NCBI GenBank assembly: GCA_965116905.1
Contig: OZ220732.1
Coordinates: forward strand, 160,001 to 224,000
DNA: 64,000 bases
Reading direction: 5' to 3'
DNA from: Longimicrobiales bacterium
Lineage (GTDB): Bacteria; Gemmatimonadota; Gemmatimonadetes; Longimicrobiales; Gaopeijiaceae
The notes beneath the pieces are model-generated. The model worked only from the letters and a program-made list of their open reading frames with translations. It was not told the origin of the DNA and made no database searches. Shown here piece by piece: positions 30,801 through 37,634 of the stretch (the first letter of the stretch is position 1; each line of letters starts with the position of its first letter). The translations under genes were made by a program, and so were the position numbers.

Positions 30801-32196
30801 GGTGACCGACGAAGTCACGGAATGGCCGTCCCACCCCGATCGTCCCCCGCGGGCCGGTGTCAGTTCGTTCGGGATCTCCGGCACCAACTCCCACGTCGTG
30901 GTGGAAGGGAATCGTGCGCCCGAAGACGGCTCCGCGCCGCCCGGTGACCTGGCATCGCCCGCCGGCTCCCCGCAGACCGTCGCGGTCGCGCTCCCCGGCC
31001 GTGCGGCCGCCCTGCAGGCACCCGTCGGCGATTTCAGCCCGCGTGCGGCCCGCGTCCTGCCGCTGTCCGCCAAGTCCCCGCCGGCACTCGGTCAACTTGC
31101 AGGGCGCTATCTGGCCTGGCTGGACCAGTGTCATGCCAATGGGTCTGCCGAAGACGCCGCGTCCGCCTCGGTGCTCGCGGACATGGCGTGGACGGCCGGC
31201 ATCGGCCGGAGCCACTTCGCCCACAGGGCCGGCGTCGTCTTCCGCGACCGTGCGTCGCTCCGCGACGGCCTGCGCCTCGTCGCCGCGAAGGCCGATCCGG
31301 CCGGATCGCGGCCCGTCCACCCCGCATCGGGCACCCCGCCCAGACTTGCATTCGTCTACACCGGCGAAGGAAGCGGGCACGAGGGCATGGGCCGGGACCT
31401 CTACGATCGCGAACCGGTCGTGCGGGCCATGCTGGACCGATGCGACGCGGTCCTGAGGGACGAAAGGGACGGAGCATCGCTGCTCGACGTCATGTTCGGC
31501 CGCCCGGGCGCGGGCGGCACCCTCCGCGCGCCGGAGTGGGCACAGCCCGCCGTCTACGCGCTGGCAACCGCCGTGACGGCGCTGTGGGCCAGCGTCGGAA
31601 TCCGTCCAGGCGTGGTCACGGGACACGGAGCCGGAGAGCTGGCCGCGGCGTGGGCCGCCGACGTGTTCACGCTGGAGGACGGGCTTCGATTGGCCTCGGC
31701 ACGAGGAACGGATCTTGCCCGCCCCAGGGCGCGCATGGCCGCCGCAATGCAGTCTGACGGACCGTCGGAGGACCCCCTGGCCGATCTCGAAGCGGCGTTG
31801 CAGGAGGTCGAGTTCTCGCCTCCCACGCTATCGTTCCTCAGCCAGGTCACGGGGCAGAGGCTGGACCCCGCAACGGCACCCGACCTCGACCATTGGCGCG
31901 CGCACGCTCGCGCTGGCCAGCCGTCCGACCACCTTGCCGACAAGCTGGCTGCGCTGGACGTCGACATGGTCCTGGAGATCGGTACGCATTCGGTCGGGAG
32001 GCCGACCCCGCAGAGCGCCTGGCCGGAGCCGGCGGAGGCGTCGCACCCCACGTTCGCCGAGTCCGTGGCAAGAGCCTACGAAGCCGGTGTCGAGGTTTCG
32101 TTCAACGGATTGTTCGCCGGGGAAACGCGGCGCCGGATATCGCTCCCGGCCTACCCGTTCGAGCGAAGGCGTCACTGGATCGAAGTGGACGGCTGA
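21898..32196 (+). CDS. supA: Type I PKS, SupA-like: KS-AT-DH-cMT-ER-KR-ACP-KS-AT(inactive)
   Basis: EPIAITGMACRFP; KS1 DAACAS/HGTGT/GH; AT GHSVG/AFHS; DH HRVFDRVIAP; MT EVGAGTG; ER LIHAGAGGVG; KR GGLGGIG; ACP LGMDSL; KS2 DLACASS; AT2 GHGAG; no TE. Symbol is from domain architecture and neighbourhood, not from a search. Confidence 0.9.
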   Translation: MSNPTSEPIAITGMACRFPGADDIEAFWRLLESGGNAVAEGVPGSGIGRWGQIFGDRAVQSEACRFGAFVEDIDQFDDSFFRISPVEAQFLDPQQRMMLEVTWQALEDAGINPDRLRGSRTGVYSGISNDEYRMLVVESAKPSEAAASLYALSGTNLNGTAGRVSFVLGLTGPAKAVDAACASAMVAIHDAVADLQQGKANLAIAGGVQAILNGRIYELRADAMMLSPDGQCKTFDASANGYVRGEGCGVVILKRLSDAEADGDRIWAVIRSAVMNHGGTGVGLTVPNTPALEQVMTDALAQAGVAPTEVDYLEAHGTGTAVGDPIELNAVANVYGPARPADHPILIGSVKTNVGHLESAAGVAGLIKAALVVKRGVIPKHLHFHDPNPEFDWNRAPLRVTSTMMDWPDRSGRPRLAGVNCFGISGTNAHLLVEEYRPREAAAHLGSVAGAAAAATQRPGRLLPLSGKVEAALQELAERYLSWLDERAGELAPRSEASDKGAPDPLLSDMAWTAGVGRSHFDHRAAIVFRDVRSLREQLKSVAETARADGIPTPPTRVAFAYTGQGSQWSGMGQALYENEPVARSVMDRCEAVFREERGASLLDVMFGRAAAEQGDLGETAWEQPALYTLESALTALWASVGVQPAVVLGHSVGEIAAAQAAGVFSLEDGMRFACARGALMSGMEPGAMAAVFAPPQRVQAAVDALNAASDGVGVDISADNGAHQVVSGPAGGIEAVSRQLESEGVRVRRLNTTKAFHSALVEPILDALGATLDGMEISEPTLTVVSNLTGRAVEPGQTLDGSYWRRHARRAVAFAGGVRTLAELGVDLVIEIGPRPVLAPMALSAWPESPGAPAPGVLSSLQPPSADASATPGSGFFVQAVAEAYEAGLPVRFEGLFAGESRRRISLPSYPFQRTHHWLEAPRRRRGGAGHPLLGDRHESARGELTFETELFPSDPPWLDDHRVFDRVIAPGALYGAMAASAALVEGGGTVVVEDFQLHNALVFPEEDSADGSGDAGRRLQLVLDASDEPSAGVQIYSKGSEGGWTQHVEGRISSGGRVPEADERLDLDGLRAGLAPVEVDRYYRARADTGVDLGPSFRTLARAWSRPGEALSEVSLPEGLAPDGLDVHPLVLDGCFQTVGVARDLSGPHGSVTYLPFGWERFWLTSGRLPDRVMCHVRLSEDSRDADTDQGDAPEVLTAELRIYSQSGVQLGGLSGYTIKRATPAALLSAVDGVKDLLYDVQWRERPLPPGMPSADFFPAPADVKAGAQLFTGYLADAGVDPDDRDALLADLETWSWSYALATLDRLGWRRRPGTLVDAEELREQLAVDADHQRLFRRMLEMAAKAGVLREEDDGRFAVLAGSEDPWPETLPREPEDHAAVMTDRYPSGLIEVGLFRRSGSALADVLRGREDPLTLLFSSGEPTAADLYLKAPVARAANQMLAEAVQALVATLPEGRRLRVIEVGAGTGSATASVLPELPEGRFDYVYTDISAGFFAEAEARFGDGGGCIEYRPLDIEKDPVAQGFDAHGYDVIIASNVLHATRYLEETLAHCRRLLAPSGQIIALENLSGLGWMDLTFGQLDGWWRFADDYRPHHALASPAVWRQALSDAGFEATEVLGVDESDSTRIPDKGVIVTQGPTRVTEPAGVWILAADRGGRAAALAADLAARNQTVLLASGEGPEDALPDAARPGVFRVRVDMERRESWRSVVEGLPPGTALSGLAHFLSLDGHDGGATTDEVGEDVARSGASALAMVQGVGDADATPEKGVWFVTRGAQVLERERGGQLCGAALWGFGKAVAREAGHLQPGMIDLDPGLGAPAPDLANELMYPDSENHIVFRSGRRQVARLVRAGDGAERLTLPDDPEWVLAPDPAGIFDRPYVQPLPARALEPREVRVAVAAAGLNFWDVFRSLGFIEEGLLGREMCGHILDIGSEVTTVSVGDQVVGLGFGAFGPRMITHEELVAPAPAGISVTGLATIPSAFVSAVLSFELSGLEAGERVLIHAGAGGVGLAAIQLVQAAGAEVFATASAPKQAYLRSLGVEHVFDSRATDFAAEIMEATDGAGVDIVLNSLTGEGFIDASLSCLKHGGRFVEMARRDILTEDEMAAARPDVGYDILELDVLKKTDPEWVGRVLRGVMRRVAAGELKPIVHSRWPLAEAGAALSFMRAARHLGKIVVTTPPVENGRLRPDRTYLVTGGLGGIGCAVAGWLADRGAGAIVLNGRRPPDTEAEETIRELRERGVDVRVELADVTDTRAVDGILSRIDRELPPLGGVIHSVGVLSDGALTNQDWGRFETVLRPKILGAWHLHRATLDRDLDMFVLFSSRVGVMGNPGQANHAAANAFLDQLAGHRRALGLPGQAIAWGAWSEIGEAAEQRERIDRQRSALGGRWFTPAQGLKAFDRLVREDVTHSVVMSMDWSVFEKAVDERPPLVEDLLSAADETADDGASVPRDLLSRARETPASERENVVVSFLQGEVQAVLRLPSAPAPKVGFFDLGMDSLMAVELRNRLNRALAGVYTAPNTLVFDYPDIATLAAHLVEELVDDGGASAPQPQPEPAAQSSAEPAAQAHAQAAVQSDDDAIAIVGMACRFPDAPDLAAYWRLLDDAKDLVTDGRRDAGPWNGVAGNPGEGDRFSRRGAFLEDIDKFDARFFGIRPIEARMMDPRQRLLLETTWHALEDAGVDPERLKGSRTGVYVGTGNGDYRDVVVAGGETHGYLGTTISVTAGRISFALGLTGPAVPLDLACASSLAAVHQAASALRQGEVDSALVGGVNAILSSEITTFMREAGMLSTQGRCSTFDAAADGFVRGEGCGVVVLKRLTEAREDGDRIWGVIRGSAVNQNGTSAGLTVPNGPAQERVIEDALAVAGVQPAEVDYLEAHGAGSDLGDPIEVRAAAAVYGRGRDPGHPLLIGSVKTNIGHSEAAAGVASLIKAVLAMNEGRIPRQLHFHDPSPHLEWDRLPVRVTDEVTEWPSHPDRPPRAGVSSFGISGTNSHVVVEGNRAPEDGSAPPGDLASPAGSPQTVAVALPGRAAALQAPVGDFSPRAARVLPLSAKSPPALGQLAGRYLAWLDQCHANGSAEDAASASVLADMAWTAGIGRSHFAHRAGVVFRDRASLRDGLRLVAAKADPAGSRPVHPASGTPPRLAFVYTGEGSGHEGMGRDLYDREPVVRAMLDRCDAVLRDERDGASLLDVMFGRPGAGGTLRAPEWAQPAVYALATAVTALWASVGIRPGVVTGHGAGELAAAWAADVFTLEDGLRLASARGTDLARPRARMAAAMQSDGPSEDPLADLEAALQEVEFSPPTLSFLSQVTGQRLDPATAPDLDHWRAHARAGQPSDHLADKLAALDVDMVLEIGTHSVGRPTPQSAWPEPAEASHPTFAESVARAYEAGVEVSFNGLFAGETRRRISLPAYPFERRRHWIEVDG

Positions 32197-32215
32197 GATC
32201 GAAGTGGACGGCTGA
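32178..32215 (+). repeat. Perfect 19-bp tandem duplication including the PKS stop codon
   Basis: GATCGAAGTGGACGGCTGA x2. Confidence 0.9.
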
Positions 32216-32228
32216 GCGCTCGGAACAC

Positions 32229-33146
32229 TCAGATCAGCCGTTTTTCCTCCAAGTACCCGCGCATGGTCTCTACGCATTCCTCAGGCTTCTCCAACTGCAG
32301 GAAATGCGTCGTCTCCGGGATGAAGTCGTAGTCGATGCTCTGAATGTGACTGAGGTTGAACGTGGGCAGATACGCGAAGGTCGACGTGGGGTCGGAACCG
32401 ATCACCTTCGTTGGACACGGGAGGTTTCCGAAGTCCACCAGGAAGGCGTAGGTCCGTATGTACGCGATGATCTGCGCTTCGTACTCCCGGGGGCACCGAA
32501 GCTCGAAGCCGTCTTCCCCGGGAGATTCGGTCAGAACGGTTCTGGCCATGAGGTCGGAAGCGCCGGGAACTGCCCGCAGCAGCAGCGGCAGGTAGCTCAT
32601 GAGATCGGCAAAGTCGCTTCGGTGGCGGAATCGATGGGTGCGTAGCCGTGTCAACCCGGCGGAACGGTCGGCCAGCGCGTCGTAGTCCGGGTCGCCCGGA
32701 CCGGGCCTGTACAGGGGCGGATCGAACAGGACCCAGGCGGACAGGGTCCCGCTGCGCCCCTCGGAAAGCTCAGGCGACAGCAGCGTGGTCAGCGCCGACA
32801 GGGAATGGAACACGCCGATCGTCGGCCGATCCCCGTATTTCGCCGCCACCGCATCGATCACCTGCTCCTGATCCCGGACCAGATTGGGCACATTGTGTTC
32901 GTCGCGATCACCGACCTCGTTCCACCCGTGGTTTCTCAGGTCGTAGACGAACAGATCGAAGTCGTCGACAAGCAGCGACCAGAAGGGGTAGTAGAGATCG
33001 ATCGCAAGCCCGTTGCCGTGGCACAGCAGAAGCCGGGGCCCGGCGGGATTCCCGTGCCGGCGCACGATCGTGACGCTGCCGTCAGCGTGACGAACACGGC
33101 ACAGCGAATGCGGCTGGGGTACCTCCCACACGGCTCGCGAACTCAC
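32229..33146 (-). CDS. Alpha/beta hydrolase (PKS-associated)
   Basis: HGNG oxyanion region, DLRNHG, FHSLS nucleophile elbow, THFLQLEKP. Confidence 0.85.
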   Translation of the reverse strand: MSSRAVWEVPQPHSLCRVRHADGSVTIVRRHGNPAGPRLLLCHGNGLAIDLYYPFWSLLVDDFDLFVYDLRNHGWNEVGDRDEHNVPNLVRDQEQVIDAVAAKYGDRPTIGVFHSLSALTTLLSPELSEGRSGTLSAWVLFDPPLYRPGPGDPDYDALADRSAGLTRLRTHRFRHRSDFADLMSYLPLLLRAVPGASDLMARTVLTESPGEDGFELRCPREYEAQIIAYIRTYAFLVDFGNLPCPTKVIGSDPTSTFAYLPTFNLSHIQSIDYDFIPETTHFLQLEKPEECVETMRGYLEEKRLI

Positions 33147-33227
33147 ACCCCGGCAACCCCTCTGGTTCCTGCGGTCAGAACTGGAAACTGCCCGACCCCC
33201 GGGAGGGGCGGTCGAGCAGCGGCAGGG

Positions 33228-33458
33228 TCAGCCCATCTTCGAATCGAGGTGCGCGACCAGCTTGCCGAAGGTTGTAATCTTGCCGCAGTCCTCGGGCGGA
33301 ATCGATACGTTGAACTCGCGCTCAACGATCCGCATGAAGGCCACCGCATCCAGTGAGGAGACTCCTGAATCGGCGAAGCCTCCGTCAAGGCTCGGTTCGT
33401 GACCCAGATCCAGGTGTTGATCGATCAGTGCTCTCAGTCGGCTCTCGGTTCCGGCCAT
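33228..33458 (-). CDS. Stand-alone acyl carrier protein
   Basis: 76 aa acidic; F.D.GVSSLD (Ppant Ser), EREFNVSIP.ED, ITTF. Confidence 0.88.
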   Translation of the reverse strand: MAGTESRLRALIDQHLDLGHEPSLDGGFADSGVSSLDAVAFMRIVEREFNVSIPPEDCGKITTFGKLVAHLDSKMG

Positions 33459-33511
33459 CGGTAGCTGGTCCTCAGGTGTTGGGAATTGTGTCGGGAAATT
33501 GGACGATCCGA

Positions 33512-33574
33512 AAAGTCAGTCGGTAAAATAGTGCCGTGCCCGGATACCAAAGTCAAGAATCCAAAGTCAGGAAT
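33512..33574. promoter_or_regulatory. Direct repeats in the ACP/permease divergent promoter region
   Basis: CCAAAGTCAAGAAT / CCAAAGTCAGGAAT (33547-33574) plus a third AAAGTCA at 33512-33518. Confidence 0.45.
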
Positions 33575-33607
33575 CCGGAATTCCCCAAAACGGCCGAGCA
33601 AGGTCCC

Positions 33608-35371
33608 ATGACCCCGACACCCACCGCATCGCCTGCTGCCGGCCCCACCGTCCGCTACCAGCCCGACGAGACGCCGCCGCCCGGGCTCGCGGCAGGCGTG
33701 GGACTGCAGCTGGCGGTGCTCAACATCGCCGCCGTGATGCTGATCCCGATGGTCGTGATGCGGGCTGCCGGGATGTCGGACACCTACCTGGCATGGGCCG
33801 TGCTCGCCTCGGTGACCGTGTGCGGCCTGACGACGGTGATCCAGGCGTTTCGCGCCGGCCGCATCGGCACCGGACACGTGATGGTCATGGGCACCTCCGG
33901 GGCGTTCATCCCGGCCTCGATCATGGCACTGGTCGAGGGCGGCCCCGCCCTGCTGGCCACCCTTGTCGTGGTCTCGGCGCTGGTCCCGCTGGTGCTCTCG
34001 TGGCGACTGTCCCTGTTCCAGCGGATCCTGACCCCCGCCGTCTCCGGGACCGTGATCATGCTCATCCCGGTCACGGTGCTGCCGTTCATCTCCGGCCTCC
34101 TCTCCGGGACCCAGGAGGGCGCAAGCGCAACCGGTGCGCCGCTCAGCTTCCTGGTGACCGTCATCGTCATCGGCGGCCTGGCCCTGAAGGCCACCGGCCC
34201 CCTGAAGCTCTGGGCACCCGTCATCGGCGTGGTCGCAGGCTCGGTGATCGCGGCCCAACACGGCCTCTATGACCTTCAGCGCGTCGGCGCGGCCGCGTGG
34301 ATCGACCTCCCCAGGCCCAGTCCGCCCGGCCTCGACCTACGCCTCGGCCCCGCCTTCTGGACGCTTCTCCCCTCCTTCCTGCTCGTGGCCGTGATCGCCG
34401 CCGTTCGCACGATGAGCAGCGCGGTGGCGGTTCAGCGCGTGTCGTGGCGCCGGAAGGACCGGGCGATCGACTTCCGCGCCGTTCAGGGCGCGGTGGCGGT
34501 GGACGGCGTGGGTAATCTTCTCGCCGGGCTGGCCGGGACCGTCCCGGGCAGCGCCACCACCACCAGCGTCCCGCTGACACAGCTCACCGGCGTGGCCGCC
34601 CGGGCGGTCGGGGTCGTCGCCGGCGCGGCGTTCATCGCGCTGGCGTTTCTCCCAAAGGCGTTCGCGGCCATCCTCGCCATCCCGGACCCGGTCTTCGCCG
34701 GCTATCTCGTCATCCTGCTCGCGATGCTCTTTGCGATCGGCATGAAGATCGTCCTGCAGGACGGGCTCGGCTATCGCGACGGCCTGGTCGTCGGCATCGC
34801 CTTCCTGACCGGCGTGAGCCTGCAATACGGCGTGATCTTCCCGGAACACGTCTCGGGATTCGCGGGCGGCCTGCTCGCGAACGGCATGAACGCGGGGGGC
34901 TTCGCCGCAATCCTCATGACCCTGTTCCTGCGAGCCACGGCTCCACGCCGCAGCCGGATCGAAACCTCGGCCGACCTGTCGGAACTGGAGGCGGTCAGGG
35001 GGTTTCTGAGCGACTTCGCGGCCGAGAGCGGGTGGGGCCCGGAAATGGCCGACCGGCTCGCGGCCGCGACGGAGGAGGCGCTGCTCACGCTCGGCGAAGG
35101 GGCCGCGGGCGCCGCGGAGACCCGGCAGGACGGTCGGCGGCGACTGCTGATCGTGGCTCGCCGGGAAGCGGACAACGCGGTTCTCGACCTCCATGTCGCG
35201 CCCGTCGGCGAGAACCTCCAGGACAGGGTCGCCCTGCTCGCCGAGGTGGAGGACAAGGCGCTGGTCGAGCGAGAGGTCTCTCTGCGCCTCCTACGCCACC
35301 TGGCGTCGTCCGTGCGGCATCGACAGTACCACGACACGGACATCGTGACGGTGCGCGTGGAGGCCCGATGA
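33608..35371 (+). CDS. Xanthine/uracil (NCS2) permease-like protein with C-terminal RsbW/HATPase-like domain
   Basis: VRYQPDETPP..GLQ, MGTSGAF, P.VSGTVI, DGVGNLLAG, many TM segments; C-terminal ~140 aa ADLSELEAVRGFL..LAAATEEAL..SLRLL. Confidence 0.8.
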   Translation: MTPTPTASPAAGPTVRYQPDETPPPGLAAGVGLQLAVLNIAAVMLIPMVVMRAAGMSDTYLAWAVLASVTVCGLTTVIQAFRAGRIGTGHVMVMGTSGAFIPASIMALVEGGPALLATLVVVSALVPLVLSWRLSLFQRILTPAVSGTVIMLIPVTVLPFISGLLSGTQEGASATGAPLSFLVTVIVIGGLALKATGPLKLWAPVIGVVAGSVIAAQHGLYDLQRVGAAAWIDLPRPSPPGLDLRLGPAFWTLLPSFLLVAVIAAVRTMSSAVAVQRVSWRRKDRAIDFRAVQGAVAVDGVGNLLAGLAGTVPGSATTTSVPLTQLTGVAARAVGVVAGAAFIALAFLPKAFAAILAIPDPVFAGYLVILLAMLFAIGMKIVLQDGLGYRDGLVVGIAFLTGVSLQYGVIFPEHVSGFAGGLLANGMNAGGFAAILMTLFLRATAPRRSRIETSADLSELEAVRGFLSDFAAESGWGPEMADRLAAATEEALLTLGEGAAGAAETRQDGRRRLLIVARREADNAVLDLHVAPVGENLQDRVALLAEVEDKALVEREVSLRLLRHLASSVRHRQYHDTDIVTVRVEAR

Positions 35372-37581
35372 CCTGCACTCCGATGCACACCCTCAGACGG
35401 CGCATTCCCATCCGCAGACGGCGCATTCCCGTCCGCAGACGGCCCGTTCCCGTCCTCGGGCGCATCGTTCCCATCCTGGCTCTCGCCGCGGCCGCCTGCG
35501 GGGGTGAGGCAGCGCCTCCCGTGCCGGCGTCGGTGACGGTCGTCCCCGGCGCCCTCACCTTCGCTTCGCTGGCCGACACCGCCCGCCTCACCGCGACCGT
35601 GCGCGACGAGAACGGCGAAGTCATGCCGGCCGCCACCATCACGTGGCTCTCCCAGGACGCGGAAGTGGCCCGAATCTCCCCCTCCGGGAGCACCCCACCC
35701 GAGGGCGCCCCCTCCGTGCTGGTCACCTCCGTCGCGGACGGCAGCACGAGAATCACCGCTACCGCGGGCGGCGCGAGCGGCACCGCAACCGTGCAGGTCG
35801 AACAGGTCGCCACGACCGTCGAAGTCGCCGCGCCCATCGACTCCCTCATGGTCGGCGACTCCGTGCAGATGACCGCCCACGCAACCGATGCGGTCGGATC
35901 GGAAGTGGTCGGCGCCCTCTTCTCCTGGGAATCGAGCGACCCCGCGGTCGCCACCGTCGACGACGATGGCTGGGTGCGTGCCCGCGCCCCCGGATCGGCC
36001 GAAATCGCCGCCATTCTCGGCGAACTCCGTGCGTCGGCGGCCCTGACCCTGTTGCCGCTGCCCGAACGCACGGTTCTCCAGGCGATCTACGAGGCAGGCG
36101 GTGGAGCACTGTGGAAGGACAACACCAACTGGCTCACCGACGCTCCGCTCGCCGAATGGTTCGGGGTCCACCTGAACGAAGACGGCCAGGTCGTCCACTT
36201 GCTGCTCACCGACAACGGGCTCATCGGCACGATACCGCCCGAAATCGCCAGCCTCAGCCACCTGGAGTCCCTGCACATTGGACTCAACGACCTGACCGGG
36301 CCCCTGCCGCCCGAAATCGCCCACCTCAAGCGGCTCAAGTCCCTCGAGCTGACCTACAACGCGTTCGACGGCCCCATCCCGCCCGAAATCGGCAGCCTCG
36401 AGTCCCTGGAATGGCTCGGCGCGTTCGGCAACGCGTTCACCGGCGAAATCCCCCCCGAAATCGGCGACCTCGGCAAACTGGAGTCGCTGGACCTCTGCTA
36501 CAATCGCCTCACCGGCCCCATCCCGCCCGAGATCGGCAACCTCGCCAGCCTGAAGCGACTCGCGCTCTGCGGCATCGACGCCAACCCCACCGAGGGCAAC
36601 CGCCTGAGCGGCGAAATCCCCCCGGAAATCGGCAAGCTCACCAACCTCAGCCTGCTGAGCCTGGGGGCCAACCGCCTCACCGGCCCCATCCCGCCCGAGA
36701 TCGGCAACCTGGCCGCGCTCGACTCGCTTCTGCTCTACAGCAATGAGCTGACCGCCATCCCGCCCGAGATCGGCAACCTCGAGAGCCTCCAATGGCTCGT
36801 GCTCTACGGGAACCGCCTGACCGGCTCCATTCCGCCCGAAATCGGCAAATTACACAAATTGCGTATTTTACACATCGGCTGGGGATGGGCGAGCGGCCGC
36901 AACCTGCTCACCGGCTCCATTCCGCCGGAAATCGGCAACCTCACCGGCCTCCAGCACGTGGACCTGGGCGGCAATCAGCTCTCCGGGCCCATCCCGCCGG
37001 AGATCGGCAACCTCCGCTCGCTGACCAACCTCGAACTGGGCTCGAACGCGCTCGATGGGCCCATCCCGGCCGAGATCGGCAACCTGACCCGCCTGACCTC
37101 GTTCGCCGCCTGCCCGAACAGCCTGGAGGGACGGATCCCGCCCGAGTTCGGCAAGCTCGGACGGCTGACCCAGCTCTTCCTCTGCAGCAACGAGTTCTCC
37201 GGTCCGATGCCCCCGGAGCTCGGCGAACTGCACAGTCTCCGCCAGCTCATCGTAGTCGGCAACCGCCTGACCTCGGCGGTCCCGGGGTCGATGGTCTCGC
37301 TCCGCCGCCTCCGCGAGTTCTACTGGCAGAACAACGACGGACTGTGCGTGCCGGTGCTCTCGGAATTCGACTCCTGGCTCGCCGGCATCCCCTCCCACCG
37401 CGGCGACCGCTGCGCTCCCGCATCGGCACAGGCGACCGAGTCGACAACGTCCGTCGGCCCTCTGCGCACGGGCGGCCCTCTGCGCACGGGCGACCCTCTG
37501 CGCACGGGTCCGCGTATGCATGTGACCAGAGAGCGGCCCCTGTCGCCCCGCCCCGTCGCGGACCTTCTCCGCCGCCGGTAG
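35368..37581 (+). CDS. Lipoprotein with Ig-like (BIG2-type) domains and about 15 plant-type leucine-rich repeats
   Basis: Lipobox LAAAAC; FSWESSDPAVATVD; NWLTD.PL.EW.GV cap; repeated LxxLxLxxNxLxGxIPPEIGxL; ATGA overlap with permease. Confidence 0.9.
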   Translation: MTCTPMHTLRRRIPIRRRRIPVRRRPVPVLGRIVPILALAAAACGGEAAPPVPASVTVVPGALTFASLADTARLTATVRDENGEVMPAATITWLSQDAEVARISPSGSTPPEGAPSVLVTSVADGSTRITATAGGASGTATVQVEQVATTVEVAAPIDSLMVGDSVQMTAHATDAVGSEVVGALFSWESSDPAVATVDDDGWVRARAPGSAEIAAILGELRASAALTLLPLPERTVLQAIYEAGGGALWKDNTNWLTDAPLAEWFGVHLNEDGQVVHLLLTDNGLIGTIPPEIASLSHLESLHIGLNDLTGPLPPEIAHLKRLKSLELTYNAFDGPIPPEIGSLESLEWLGAFGNAFTGEIPPEIGDLGKLESLDLCYNRLTGPIPPEIGNLASLKRLALCGIDANPTEGNRLSGEIPPEIGKLTNLSLLSLGANRLTGPIPPEIGNLAALDSLLLYSNELTAIPPEIGNLESLQWLVLYGNRLTGSIPPEIGKLHKLRILHIGWGWASGRNLLTGSIPPEIGNLTGLQHVDLGGNQLSGPIPPEIGNLRSLTNLELGSNALDGPIPAEIGNLTRLTSFAACPNSLEGRIPPEFGKLGRLTQLFLCSNEFSGPMPPELGELHSLRQLIVVGNRLTSAVPGSMVSLRRLREFYWQNNDGLCVPVLSEFDSWLAGIPSHRGDRCAPASAQATESTTSVGPLRTGGPLRTGDPLRTGPRMHVTRERPLSPRPVADLLRRR
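35394..35456 (+). repeat. 21-bp tandem repeat x3 in the signal-peptide n-region
   Basis: CAGACGGCGCATTCCCATCCG and variants encode RRRIPIR repeats. Confidence 0.8.
37456..37509 (+). repeat. 18-bp tandem repeat x3
   Basis: GGCCCTCTGCGCACGGGC, encodes GPLRTG. Confidence 0.85.
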
Positions 37582-37634
37582 TGTATCAGGGGCGGAGGAA
37601 TACCGACTTCACCACCCAGCCCGCTGGACATTCA

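Noticed and set aside
36817..36940. Possible diversity-generating retroelement variable region
   Set aside because: No reverse transcriptase and no template/variable repeat pair differing only at adenines in the window
36200..37300. Regularly spaced ~72-bp DNA repeats resembling a CRISPR array
   Set aside because: They are in-frame coding LRR units with synonymous variation; no cas genes and no identical repeats with unique spacers
36792..37634. Apparent fusion of the LRR region with the carboxypeptidase-regulatory protein (ORF 36792-38408)
   Set aside because: Out-of-frame shadow of the LRR gene; the real protein has its own signal peptide from 37635
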